From: an uncultured Bacillales bacterium
GTDB lineage: Bacteria; Bacillota_I; Bacilli_A; RF39; UBA660
Direction of reading: 5' to 3'
DNA: 64,000 nucleotides
Assembly: GCA_946536225.1 (NCBI GenBank)
Contig: CAMNEE010000002.1
Coordinates: 309,584-373,583 of the forward strand
A program made the position numbers and the translations under genes. Every line of letters starts with the position of its first letter. Position 1 is the first letter of the stretch. Of this stretch, positions 1 through 8,778 are shown piece after piece. The notes under the pieces were generated by a model that saw nothing but the letters and a program-made list of their open reading frames with translations, made no database searches and was not told the origin of the DNA.

Positions 1-2
1 CT

Positions 3-773
3 ATGTTACTTAATTCAGATGATAAAGCGTCTTCAAAATGGGAAGAACGTTTTAGTAAAACTAAAACATTTGGAAAAAATGGTGATATTAAATTAATTGA
101 CTATAGATTTGAAAATACTAATACAATTATTAATATAGAATATCTTGGTAAAGAATATACTATAACTACAAACTTATTAGGTGAATTTAATGTTTATAAT
201 TATCTTGGAGTACTTGGTATTGCTCTTGAAAGAGGATATAGTATTGAAGATATTATAGATAAAACTAAAGATGTATATCCACCTAAAGGTAGATGTGAAC
301 TTATTCCTTATAATGGAGGAATAATTGTTGTAGACTATGCTCATACACCAGATGCAGTTGAAAAGATCATTAATACTTTTAAAGGCTATGATGTAGTAAC
401 TGTATTTGGATGTGGAGGAGATAGAGATAAAACTAAAAGACCTATCATGGGTTCTATTGCATCAAACTTATCCAATGTAGCAATTGTTACAAGTGATAAT
501 CCTAGAACAGAAGAACCTATGAGAATAATAGATGATATAGTTGCTGGAATAAAAAAGAAAAACTATATAATAGCAGCTGATAGAAAGAAAGCTATTGAAC
601 TTGGTGTTAATGCAGCTAAACCTGGAACTGTAGTATTAATTCTTGGAAAAGGTCATGAAGACTATCAAATAATTGGTAGAGAAAAACATCATTTCTCAGA
701 TCAAGAAGTTGTAGAAAACTATATTAAAGAAAAAGAAGAAATTAAAAAATTAGAAAGAAAAAAAAGAGGATAA
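3..773 (+). CDS. murE: MurE (UDP-MurNAc-L-Ala-D-Glu:meso-diaminopimelate ligase), C-terminal part; 5' end lies outside the window
   Basis: Mur-ligase central/C-terminal motifs are present: IVVDYAHTPDA, VFGCGGDRDKTKRP, SDNPRTEEP, ILGKGHEDYQ. The ORF is open at the window start. Confidence 0.85.
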   Translation: MLLNSDDKASSKWEERFSKTKTFGKNGDIKLIDYRFENTNTIINIEYLGKEYTITTNLLGEFNVYNYLGVLGIALERGYSIEDIIDKTKDVYPPKGRCELIPYNGGIIVVDYAHTPDAVEKIINTFKGYDVVTVFGCGGDRDKTKRPIMGSIASNLSNVAIVTSDNPRTEEPMRIIDDIVAGIKKKNYIIAADRKKAIELGVNAAKPGTVVLILGKGHEDYQIIGREKHHFSDQEVVENYIKEKEEIKKLERKKRG

Positions 774-786
774 TAATCCTCTTTTT
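763..786. terminator. Bidirectional intrinsic terminator between convergent murE and the CaCA gene
   Basis: The hairpin is aaagaggat/aata/atcctcttt (9 bp), with an A-run on the 5' side and a T-run on the 3' side. The murE stop codon sits in the loop. Confidence 0.7.
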
Positions 787-1750
787 AAAGTGCCAAAACA
801 AGGAAATAATAAAGTAAGAATAAACCTAACATTATTAAACCATTAAGTCTTGTTATTATTCTTCCTTCAATAGCAAATACAAATAATAAATCAGCTGCTA
901 ACATTACCATTACACAGTCAAGTAAGTTAACTTCGCTTGGAATTAAGTTACCATATACTAAAACTGGTAAGGTAAGAACTATACACATATTAAATATATT
1001 ACTACCAATTATATTACCAATTAATAAGTCCTGTTCACCTTTTTTGGATGAAACTATTGTAGTTACAAGTTCAGGTAGAGAAGTACCAAATGCAATAATT
1101 GTTAAAGCAATTAGTCTTTCGCTTAGACCAATTAAGTTTGCAATTTCAACTGATGAATCAACTACTAAATCAGAACCAAATACAATTCCAACTAATCCAA
1201 CTATAACAAGTAAGAATGATTGCCATACACCGAACTGAGGTCTACCACGATATTTTTCCCCATGTTTTAAAGCAGATCTAATAGTATAGTTTAAGAAAAC
1301 ACCAAATATTAATAACATAACAATAGCGTCTCCTATTGAAAACATATTAACAGTACCATTTTTCAATATTTCATCATTTATAAGTGCTATGAAAACACCT
1401 GTAATTAATAAACAAATAGGAAGTTCTGCTTTAATTGTGTTATTTTTTACAGCAATTGGTCTAACAAGAGCAGCAAGTCCAATTAGCATGAATATATTAA
1501 GCACTCCAGAACCAATTACATTACCAAATGTAAGATCGCCTGAGTTGGTTTTTAGTGCTTGAAATGATACAGCAAGTTCTGGTGCCGAGGTACCAAATGC
1601 AACAATGGTTAAACCTATTATTGTCTTAGGTATTTTAAAATTCATTGCAATAGATGCAGCACCATCTACAAACCAATCAGCTCCCTTTATTAAAAGGGCA
1701 AATCCTACTATTAAAAGACAAGTATTTAAGAATATTGTCATTTTACTCAC
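785..1750 (-). CDS. Ca2+/cation antiporter (CaCA, YrbG-like sodium/calcium exchanger family)
   Basis: The 321-aa protein is polytopic. It has duplicated alpha-repeat motifs GNVIGSGVLNI and GNIIGSNIFN, plus paired AFGTSAPEL / AFGTSLPEL motifs. Confidence 0.85.
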   Translation of the reverse strand: MSKMTIFLNTCLLIVGFALLIKGADWFVDGAASIAMNFKIPKTIIGLTIVAFGTSAPELAVSFQALKTNSGDLTFGNVIGSGVLNIFMLIGLAALVRPIAVKNNTIKAELPICLLITGVFIALINDEILKNGTVNMFSIGDAIVMLLIFGVFLNYTIRSALKHGEKYRGRPQFGVWQSFLLVIVGLVGIVFGSDLVVDSSVEIANLIGLSERLIALTIIAFGTSLPELVTTIVSSKKGEQDLLIGNIIGSNIFNMCIVLTLPVLVYGNLIPSEVNLLDCVMVMLAADLLFVFAIEGRIITRLNGLIMLGLFLLYYFLVLAL

Positions 1751-1795
1751 ACTCCATAATTAAATATTAGCATATTATTATTTTAAATTGAATAT

Positions 1796-1816
1796 AGAAC
1801 GAATGTTTGGTATAAT
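1796..1816 (+). promoter_or_regulatory. Cheo-type LexA (SOS) box overlapping an extended -10 promoter
   Basis: AGAACgaatGTTTG (1796-1809) resembles the Bacillus-type consensus CGAAC-N4-GTTCG. It is followed by, and overlaps, TGgTATAAT (1808-1816), 26 nt upstream of the polymerase ATG. Confidence 0.6.
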
Positions 1817-1841
1817 ACTAATGATTGAAGAGGTGATAAAA

Positions 1842-3344
1842 ATGGATCGAATATTTATGTGTATTGATTTAAAAAGTTTTTATGCCTCAGTTGAATGCCG
1901 TGAAAGAGACCTTGATCCTTTAGATACTAATTTAGTTGTTGCAGATCCTTCAAGAACAACAAAAACAATTTGTTTGGCTGTAAGTCCATCCCTAAAAGCT
2001 CATGGAATATCAGGAAGAGCAAGATTATTTGAAGTTGTATCTCGTGTTAAAGAAGTAAATGATGAACGTCTTAAAAAGTCTTCTCATAAATGTTTTAAAG
2101 GTTCTTCTTATATAGCATCAGAATTAAAAAGTAATAATGACTTAAAATTAGATTATATAGTTGCACCTCCTCGTATGAAATTATATATGAAATATAGTAC
2201 TACTATTTATAATGTATATTTAAAATATCTATCAAAAGATGATATATATGTTTATTCAATTGATGAAGTTTTCTGTGATATTACAAATTATTTAAAATTA
2301 TATAAATGTACTCCTGAAGAACTTGTTAGAATGATGATTAAAGATGTTTTAAATGTAACAGGTATAACTGCAACAGCAGGAATAGGTACTAATATGTATT
2401 TAGCTAAAGTTGCTATGGATATTGTTGCAAAGCATAGGGATGCAGATGAATATGGGGTACGTCTTGCCCAGATTGATGAAATGTCTTATAGAGAGTTACT
2501 ATGGAACCATCGTCCTTTAACAGACTTTTGGAGAGTAGGAAAAGGAATTGCTAAAAAGTTAGAAGAACATCATATGTATACCATGGGAGATGTATGTTTA
2601 AAATCAATTGAAGATGAAGATTTACTTTATAAGTTATTTGGAGTAAATGCTGAATTATTAATAGACCATGCCTGGGGATATGAACCATGTACTATAGAAG
2701 ATGTAAGAAAATATAAACCAACTACTAATAGTATAAGTGTTGGTCAAGTTCTTCATGAACCATATAATTTTTTAAAGGCTCGTCTTATTGTAAGAGAAAT
2801 GATTGAAGGATTATCTTTAGATTTGGTTAAAAAACATAAAGTTACATCTCAGTTAGTTTTAACAATTGGGTATGATGTAGATAACCTAAATATTCCTAAG
2901 ATAAGAGATCACTACTCAGGTCCAATTACTTTTGATTTTTATGGAAGAGCAGTTCCAAAACATGCTCATGGAACAATTAATATAGATCACAAGACTTCAT
3001 CATATGAAGTACTTGCAGAAAAAGTAATTGAATTATTTGATCATATAACTAATATGCAATTATTAATTAGAAGAATAAATATTGCAGCATGTAATATAGT
3101 AGATGAAAGAGAAGTAGAAAAAGAAGTACATATTAAACAAGTAGATTTATTTTCAAACTTTGAAGAAGAAAATAAAAAAAGAGAAATAAGTAAAAAACGT
3201 GAAAAAGAAGAACTTGTTTTAGAAAGAACACTTCTAAATATAAAAGAAAAATATGGTAAGAATGCTATATTAAAAGGAATGAATCTTGAACAAGGTGGTA
3301 CAGCAATAGATAGAAACAGTCAGGTAGGTGGTCACCATGGATAA
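1842..3344 (+). CDS. Y-family (UmuC/DinB-like, UvrX/YqjW-type) translesion DNA polymerase
   Basis: The N-terminus reads MDRIFMCIDLKSFYASVECRERDLDP, the catalytic D..FYASVE motif. An ImpB/MucB-like palm and little-finger length follows. I moved the start to ATG 1842 (RBS gaagaggtga) because the promoter lies inside the ORF-track extension. Confidence 0.85.
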   Translation: MDRIFMCIDLKSFYASVECRERDLDPLDTNLVVADPSRTTKTICLAVSPSLKAHGISGRARLFEVVSRVKEVNDERLKKSSHKCFKGSSYIASELKSNNDLKLDYIVAPPRMKLYMKYSTTIYNVYLKYLSKDDIYVYSIDEVFCDITNYLKLYKCTPEELVRMMIKDVLNVTGITATAGIGTNMYLAKVAMDIVAKHRDADEYGVRLAQIDEMSYRELLWNHRPLTDFWRVGKGIAKKLEEHHMYTMGDVCLKSIEDEDLLYKLFGVNAELLIDHAWGYEPCTIEDVRKYKPTTNSISVGQVLHEPYNFLKARLIVREMIEGLSLDLVKKHKVTSQLVLTIGYDVDNLNIPKIRDHYSGPITFDFYGRAVPKHAHGTINIDHKTSSYEVLAEKVIELFDHITNMQLLIRRINIAACNIVDEREVEKEVHIKQVDLFSNFEEENKKREISKKREKEELVLERTLLNIKEKYGKNAILKGMNLEQGGTAIDRNSQVGGHHG

Positions 3345-3747
3345 GTATGCATCAATTATTAATATTAAACATTTTGAACCTAGACATGAAAGAATGTCTT
3401 TATATGCACGTTCTGCCCAGTTTGCACCATTTGCGGCTCTAACTGGTTATGAAGAGTCAGTAGAAGAAACAGGAAGACTTACAAGTGAGAGAATAGAAAT
3501 AGAAGAGGGATTAAAAGAAATCATCAATGGGGAACTTTTAAAGATAAAAGAAGTAATAAAAGAAAAACCAGTTATAAAAGTAACATATTTTGTAAAAGAT
3601 ACTAAAAAGACAGGTGGTAAATATGTTACTCTAGAAAATTCTATTAAAAGAATAGATGAATATAAAAAAGAATTAGTATTTATTGATAATTCTAAAGTTA
3701 AAATAGAAGATGTAATTAAATTAGACATAAAAAAAAGAGAAACCTAA
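3337..3747 (+). CDS. YolD-like protein (UmuD-like accessory partner of Y-family polymerases in Firmicutes)
   Basis: It contains RMSLYARSAQFAPFAALTGYEE, a typical YolD-like signature. It overlaps the polymerase stop by 8 nt (ATGGATAA), as in uvrX-yolD and yqjW-yqzH pairs. Confidence 0.7.
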   Translation: MDKYASIINIKHFEPRHERMSLYARSAQFAPFAALTGYEESVEETGRLTSERIEIEEGLKEIINGELLKIKEVIKEKPVIKVTYFVKDTKKTGGKYVTLENSIKRIDEYKKELVFIDNSKVKIEDVIKLDIKKRET

Positions 3748-3760
3748 GTTTCTTTTTTTA
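3730..3760. terminator. Bidirectional terminator between convergent yolD-like gene and mgtE
   Basis: The hairpin agaaac/ctaa/gtttct is flanked by an A-run upstream and a T-run downstream. Confidence 0.6.
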
Positions 3761-5092
3761 TAATCCTAAAATAAGTGTTGCTATTTTAAAGTAAATTAAT
3801 AATGAACATGCATCAACAATAGTTGTAATAAATGGACTTGCCATAACTGCTGGGTCAAATCCTATTCTCTTAGCCACCATTGGTAATGTTCCACCAATAA
3901 TCTTTGCAATAATAACAGTAATACATAAAGTAACACATACAGCAGCAGCAACTGGAATAGTAACTCTATCAATAACAAGTAATTTTACAAAGTTACATAC
4001 AGCAAGTACTATTGAACAAAGTATAGCAACTCTAATTTCTTTCCATATTACTTTAAATATATCTTTAAATTCAATTTGATTAAGTGATAAAGCACGAATA
4101 ATAGAAACAGATGCTTGTCCACCAGCATTACCACCTGTATCCATTAACATTGGTATAAATGCTGTTAATACAGTACAAGCTGCTAACTTACTTTCAAATG
4201 AAGAAATAATTCCTCCTGTAAAAGTAGCTGAAATCATAAGTAATAATAACCAAGGAATACGTGATTTAAATATTTCAAATGTCGTAATCTTATCATATGG
4301 TTTATCAACTGGTATGATGGCAGCCATCTTTTTCATATCTTCGGTTGCTTCTTCTTCAAGTACATCGACAACATCATCGATAGTAATGATACCAACAAGT
4401 CTTTTTTCTGAGTCAACTACAGGCATGACAGTGACGTCATACTTCTTAAAGATGTTAGCAACTTCCTCTTGGTCCATTGATGTAGTAGCAAATATTTCTA
4501 CAGGTTTAGCAAGCTTATCAATAGTTTCATCTTTACTAGCAAATAATAAATCTTTTAATTCAACTTTACCATCAAGTCTTCTTTCTTTATCTAGAATGAA
4601 AACATTATCGATAGTTTCATATTCATCAGCACGTTTTTTAAGAATATTAATAGCACTTTCAACTGTAATAGTATTTTTAAGTTCCGCATATTCAGTAGTC
4701 ATTAAAGAACCAGCTGAATCTTCTCTATAATTTAAAAGTTTATTAACATCTTTTCTTGTTTCTTCATTACATTTTTTTAATATTTTATCTACAAGATTAG
4801 CAGGCATTTCTTCTAGTACATCGGCAGCATCATCTGAGTACATCTCTTCAATAAGGGCAACTGCTTCTTTATCACTTAAGTATTCTAATACTTCAGTTGA
4901 AATTGAAGGATCAAATAATGCAAATACATCAACTGCATCATCTTTCTTTAATAGTCTAAATAGTACAATTATGTCCTTAATATCAAATTCACTTAATATT
5001 TCAGCAATATCTGAATTGTTCATTTGAGATAATTCTACTTTTAGGATTTTATAGTTTTTCTCTTCTAAAAGAGATTTGATTCTTTCTTCCAT
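3758..5092 (-). CDS. mgtE: Magnesium transporter MgtE
   Basis: The 444-aa protein has an MgtE N-domain, tandem CBS region and C-terminal 5-TM domain with PMLMDTGGNAGGQAS. Confidence 0.9.
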   Translation of the reverse strand: MEERIKSLLEEKNYKILKVELSQMNNSDIAEILSEFDIKDIIVLFRLLKKDDAVDVFALFDPSISTEVLEYLSDKEAVALIEEMYSDDAADVLEEMPANLVDKILKKCNEETRKDVNKLLNYREDSAGSLMTTEYAELKNTITVESAINILKKRADEYETIDNVFILDKERRLDGKVELKDLLFASKDETIDKLAKPVEIFATTSMDQEEVANIFKKYDVTVMPVVDSEKRLVGIITIDDVVDVLEEEATEDMKKMAAIIPVDKPYDKITTFEIFKSRIPWLLLLMISATFTGGIISSFESKLAACTVLTAFIPMLMDTGGNAGGQASVSIIRALSLNQIEFKDIFKVIWKEIRVAILCSIVLAVCNFVKLLVIDRVTIPVAAAVCVTLCITVIIAKIIGGTLPMVAKRIGFDPAVMASPFITTIVDACSLLIYFKIATLILGL

Positions 5093-5369
5093 AATATACC
5101 TCCAAAAGTGATTTTTTTAAAATAATAACTATGATAATCATTCAGGCTATCCATAATAAAACATCACTCCTTTCAGTATTACGATTACATTATATCGTTA
5201 ATGATGTGAAAAAATAACCCCTTTGAATATTTTTTCGCAATACAAGTCCTAATTTTACAATATTTTGTTTTATTTTTCAAATTTCTACTTTATATATTTA
5301 TACTTAATAGTTTTCTGTTGCATTTATAATTATTTTTTTTATAATAAACATTAATTTGGAGGAGTATCT

Positions 5370-6032
5370 ATGAAAGATAAAAGAAAACTTATATCTTTAT
5401 TTATCTGTTCAATTATTATTCTTGTTTGTACAGTATCTTATATTTTTTCTTCATCTTTAGTTAGAAATGAAAAAGGTATACTTGCATATGTTGATGATGT
5501 AAAAGTAATAACTACTTCAACTACTACTAAAAAAGAGTATAAAAAAATAGTTGTTGAAGCTCCTGGTGATGTAAGTGAAAACATTATTAATGTTGCCTAT
5601 GAAGAATTAAGTTTTATTCCAGATACTCTGCAAGATTTATTTGTATCATCTTCATGGCATTTAGTTTTATCTAATGATAATCTTTCAAAAGTATACTTTG
5701 ATAATAAATATAAAAGTGTATTAGGATTAACTGAATATGAATCATCTTCCATAATACTTGAAGCAAAAGAAAAGTCTATAAGGGAATCTTTAATTCATGA
5801 AATGGGACATTTTCTAGACTATATAACTGGATTTACTACCATGGAAAATGATTTTGAAAATAATTACTATAATATTGAATTGAATGAGTTTAAAAGTCAT
5901 ATAAAAAATCCTGGATGTGTAAGAGATTCTCAAGAATTATTTGCAGAAGAGTTTTTCTATATGTTTAAGGATAAATCAAAATGTACGCCATTAGTATTAA
6001 ACTTTATACAAACGAAGTTAAATAGTATATAA
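5370..6032 (+). CDS. Membrane-anchored ATLF-like (M34-family-like) zinc metallopeptidase
   Basis: There is an N-terminal TM helix. The HExxH motif (LIHEMGHFLDY) is followed about 45 aa later by SQELFAEEFFY, a candidate third-ligand Glu. Size (220 aa) and layout resemble small Firmicute ATLF-domain proteases. Confidence 0.55.
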   Translation: MKDKRKLISLFICSIIILVCTVSYIFSSSLVRNEKGILAYVDDVKVITTSTTTKKEYKKIVVEAPGDVSENIINVAYEELSFIPDTLQDLFVSSSWHLVLSNDNLSKVYFDNKYKSVLGLTEYESSSIILEAKEKSIRESLIHEMGHFLDYITGFTTMENDFENNYYNIELNEFKSHIKNPGCVRDSQELFAEEFFYMFKDKSKCTPLVLNFIQTKLNSI

Positions 6033-6051
6033 TAAAAAAGAGGTAATAAAT

Positions 6052-6564
6052 ATGGAAAAAGATATAAATACAGAATGTAATAATTGTAAAAAGAAAGTAA
6101 CAAAGAAAAGAAGTGCTAAAAAAGTAATTACTATAATTACTCTTGTTGCAGTACTTGGTCTAACTGGTGTAGGTATAAAAAAACATATAGATTCTAAACC
6201 AACATATACACTTAATGAAGAAACTAAGAAGAATGAGTTAGATGGAACTATTACATATGGAAAATTTACTGGTTATAGACTTTATACACTAATAGACTTA
6301 AATGGTGAAGAAAAATATGTAATAGGTAAGAGAACAATAGATGGAATATCTGATCTTTCTAATGGTTTAAAGTATTCTCTTACAAGTGATAAATATAAAA
6401 CATCAGAAGTATATATAGCTAAAGAAGAGTATCTTGATGGGTATTTAATTACTTTAGATTATGTTCAACAAGTATATGATTCTACTGATATAGCAAATAT
6501 ATGTGAAGCAATAGAAGAATATAAATCAAATGTATCTTCTGAAGAGAAAACTCTTACTAGATAG
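6052..6564 (+). CDS. Hypothetical single-pass membrane protein
   Basis: The 170-aa ORF has a good RBS (agaggt), one TM helix (VITIITLVAVLGLTGVGI) and no recognisable domain. Confidence 0.5.
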   Translation: MEKDINTECNNCKKKVTKKRSAKKVITIITLVAVLGLTGVGIKKHIDSKPTYTLNEETKKNELDGTITYGKFTGYRLYTLIDLNGEEKYVIGKRTIDGISDLSNGLKYSLTSDKYKTSEVYIAKEEYLDGYLITLDYVQQVYDSTDIANICEAIEEYKSNVSSEEKTLTR

Positions 6565-6609
6565 TTTATAAACATTTTAAAAATGTTATAATTATTAAGA
6601 GGAGGAAAT

Positions 6610-7263
6610 ATGAATAATAATATCAATTTATATTCTAGAGTATTTAGATGGCTAGCAATGGGTTTACTAGTATCATTCTTAGGAGGATATGTTTTATCTC
6701 TTAATGACGGAGCACTTCTAGGACCAATAATTACAAGTGGTACTTGGACTATTGCAATAGTTGTACAAGTATTGATAGCTTTATTATTTGGAGTTTTACT
6801 TAAGAAGATAAACTATACAACATGTATAATATTCTATCTAATTTATTGTGCTATAACAGGTCTTGATATTGGATGTGTCTTATTAGTATATGAAATGTCT
6901 AGTGTTATATATATCTTTATAGCAACATCTGCTATATTTGCTTTTTTATCATTCATAGGTGATAAATTAAATGTAGATGTAACTAAATTAGGTACTATAC
7001 TTGTAATATCTTTAATTGGAGTAATAGTATTTTCAATCTTAAATATGTTAATATTCCATTCAGAAATAACTGCTTTATTTATTGCTATAATAGCTTTAGT
7101 AGTTTTCTTAGGATTTATTATTTACGATTTAAAGATTGTAGAACCACTTGCAGACTTCTATGGTGAAGATAAAGCTGCTATTTATTCAGCATTTCAATTA
7201 TATATAGATTTTATAAACGTATTTATAAGACTATTAGAAATATTTGGAAAGAGAAGAGATTAG
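6610..7263 (+). CDS. Bax inhibitor-1/YccA-family membrane protein
   Basis: It has seven predicted TM helices and the family-typical C-terminus QLYIDFINVFIRLLEIFGKRRD. The RBS is gaggagg. Confidence 0.75.
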   Translation: MNNNINLYSRVFRWLAMGLLVSFLGGYVLSLNDGALLGPIITSGTWTIAIVVQVLIALLFGVLLKKINYTTCIIFYLIYCAITGLDIGCVLLVYEMSSVIYIFIATSAIFAFLSFIGDKLNVDVTKLGTILVISLIGVIVFSILNMLIFHSEITALFIAIIALVVFLGFIIYDLKIVEPLADFYGEDKAAIYSAFQLYIDFINVFIRLLEIFGKRRD

Positions 7264-7341
7264 TTTTTACTAATCTCTTTTATTTGACTTATTTAACTAA
7301 AAGTACTAGAATAAACGACAATTTATGGGGGAAGTGTTGGT

Positions 7342-8067
7342 ATGAAGAAAAATATTCTAAGATTACTTTTTTTAGTACTTGTTTTATTTGTTAACATAAA
7401 TTTAGTACCACTTGTTTGGACTACTAATATGCCTACTTATTTAGCTAATGATAATATCATTGCTTTAGTAGATACTGACGAAGAAAAACCAGTAGAAGTT
7501 AATCACTTAGTAAAAGACTTACAAGAAGAATATAATAATACTGATATTAAAGCAGTACTTACAATAGATAATACTGATTATTCAACTCCGGTTATGCAAA
7601 CAAAAGATAATAAATTTTATCTATTCCGTAATCTTTATAAGAAAAAAGATGAATTTGGTACACCATTTGTTGATTATAGAGTAGATTTAAATAATGCTAA
7701 AAAAACATTAATATTTGGTCATAATTCTATATATAGACATATGGCTTTTGAAATACTTAATAATTATTATGAAGAGTCTTATTATAAAGATCATCAATAT
7801 ATAACTTTATATCTAGAAAATGATATAAAGAAATATCAAATATTCTCTGTCTATGTAGAAACAAAAGACTTTGACTATTATGATATGAAATATACAGAAG
7901 AAGAATGGAATAAACATATAAATAAACTTAAGAATAAATCATTCTATGAAACTAATGTAGATGTTGAAAGTGAAGATAATATTTTAATATTACAAACATG
8001 TTCTACATCTAAGAAATTTAAAACAGATAAATATAAATTCATTATAGTAGTAGCTAAAGAGGTTTAA
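7342..8067 (+). CDS. srtB: Class B sortase homologue
   Basis: It has an N-terminal anchor, the TLIFGHNS catalytic His motif and ILILQTCS (TLxTC-type Cys, codon 7999-8001). The overall SrtB-like pattern is present (YSTPVMQ..DN..YL). No Arg occurs downstream of the Cys (see findings). Confidence 0.75.
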   Translation: MKKNILRLLFLVLVLFVNINLVPLVWTTNMPTYLANDNIIALVDTDEEKPVEVNHLVKDLQEEYNNTDIKAVLTIDNTDYSTPVMQTKDNKFYLFRNLYKKKDEFGTPFVDYRVDLNNAKKTLIFGHNSIYRHMAFEILNNYYEESYYKDHQYITLYLENDIKKYQIFSVYVETKDFDYYDMKYTEEEWNKHINKLKNKSFYETNVDVESEDNILILQTCSTSKKFKTDKYKFIIVVAKEV

Positions 8068-8132
8068 TATGAGTCTACTATTGTGTAATCTAGTATATTG
8101 TTTATTCTTATTAGTAATAACGGTTTTAATAT

Positions 8133-8159
8133 AAAAGTAGAGTAGTACTCTACTTTTTG
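8133..8159 (+). terminator. Intrinsic terminator after the sortase gene
   Basis: A perfect 12-bp palindrome aaaagtagagta g tactctactttt is followed by T residues. Confidence 0.75.
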
Positions 8160-8161
8160 TA

Positions 8162-8170
8162 TGTTATAAT
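8162..8170 (+). promoter_or_regulatory. Extended -10 promoter element upstream of cmk
   Basis: TGtTATAAT lies 22 nt upstream of the cmk ATG. No good -35 was seen. Confidence 0.45.
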
Positions 8171-8192
8171 ACTATTATAAGAAGGTGAGTAT

Positions 8193-8774
8193 ATGGTAAT
8201 TACATTAGATGGTTTAAGTGGAACTGGTAAAAGTTCTATATCAACTCTTTTAGCAAAAGATTTGAATTTAAAACAAATTAGTTCAGGAGATTATTTTAGA
8301 ACATTTGCATATCTATTAGAAAAGAATAAATTAGATATAAATGAGGAGACAATTAAGTATTTTAAAACACTTAATATTGAAAGGAAAAAAGGAAGACTTT
8401 ATTTAAATGATGAAGATATAACATCTCATATTAAAACCAAGAATAATAATATAGAGTCTGCTCGTATAGCAAATGAAAAACTAATACAAGATCTTGTTGA
8501 TGAAATAGAACATAGAGAATTAACTAGTAATTCTATTATAGATGGAAGAGATGTTGGAGTTCGTTTTGGTGATGCGGACTTCAAGTTCTTCTTAACAGCA
8601 AGTAATGCTAATAGACTAACTCGTGCTAATATGACTGAAGATGAAATAAAAGAAAGAGATAAATGGGATTTAAAAGGTAATATTAGAAAGAGTAATGATA
8701 TTATTGAAATAAATACTGATGGTAAAACATTAGGTGAAATAGAAAAAGAAATATTAGATATTATAGGAGAGTAA
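8193..8774 (+). CDS. cmk: Cytidylate kinase (divergent)
   Basis: It has the P-loop ITLDGLSGTGKSS, SGDYFRTFAY (compare TGAMYRA) and IIDGRDVGVRFGDADFKFFLTAS (compare DGRDIGTVVFPDA.LKIFLTAS). Confidence 0.7.
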   Translation: MVITLDGLSGTGKSSISTLLAKDLNLKQISSGDYFRTFAYLLEKNKLDINEETIKYFKTLNIERKKGRLYLNDEDITSHIKTKNNNIESARIANEKLIQDLVDEIEHRELTSNSIIDGRDVGVRFGDADFKFFLTASNANRLTRANMTEDEIKERDKWDLKGNIRKSNDIIEINTDGKTLGEIEKEILDIIGE

Positions 8775-8778
8775 ATAT

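Noticed and set aside
1788-1841. N-terminal extensions suggested by the ORF track: 1788 for the polymerase, 17099 for the VirB4 N-fragment, and also 12525, 22440, 24414, 29527, 35651, 39264, 45440, 48897, 52552, 56584, 58032 and 58883.
   Set aside because: In each case a canonical ATG with a well-spaced GGAGG-like RBS lies further downstream, and homology begins there. For 1788 the promoter and LexA box fall inside the putative extension.
5093-5369. Possible M-box (Mg2+) riboswitch in the mgtE leader on the minus strand.
   Set aside because: I reverse-complemented 5101-5240 and looked for the conserved M-box segments, such as GUUAGGUGAGGC and the downstream conserved purine-rich stretches. 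I did not find them. The leader also seems too short (about 150 nt), with only small AT-rich hairpins. A covariance-model scan (Rfam M-box/ykoK) would settle it.
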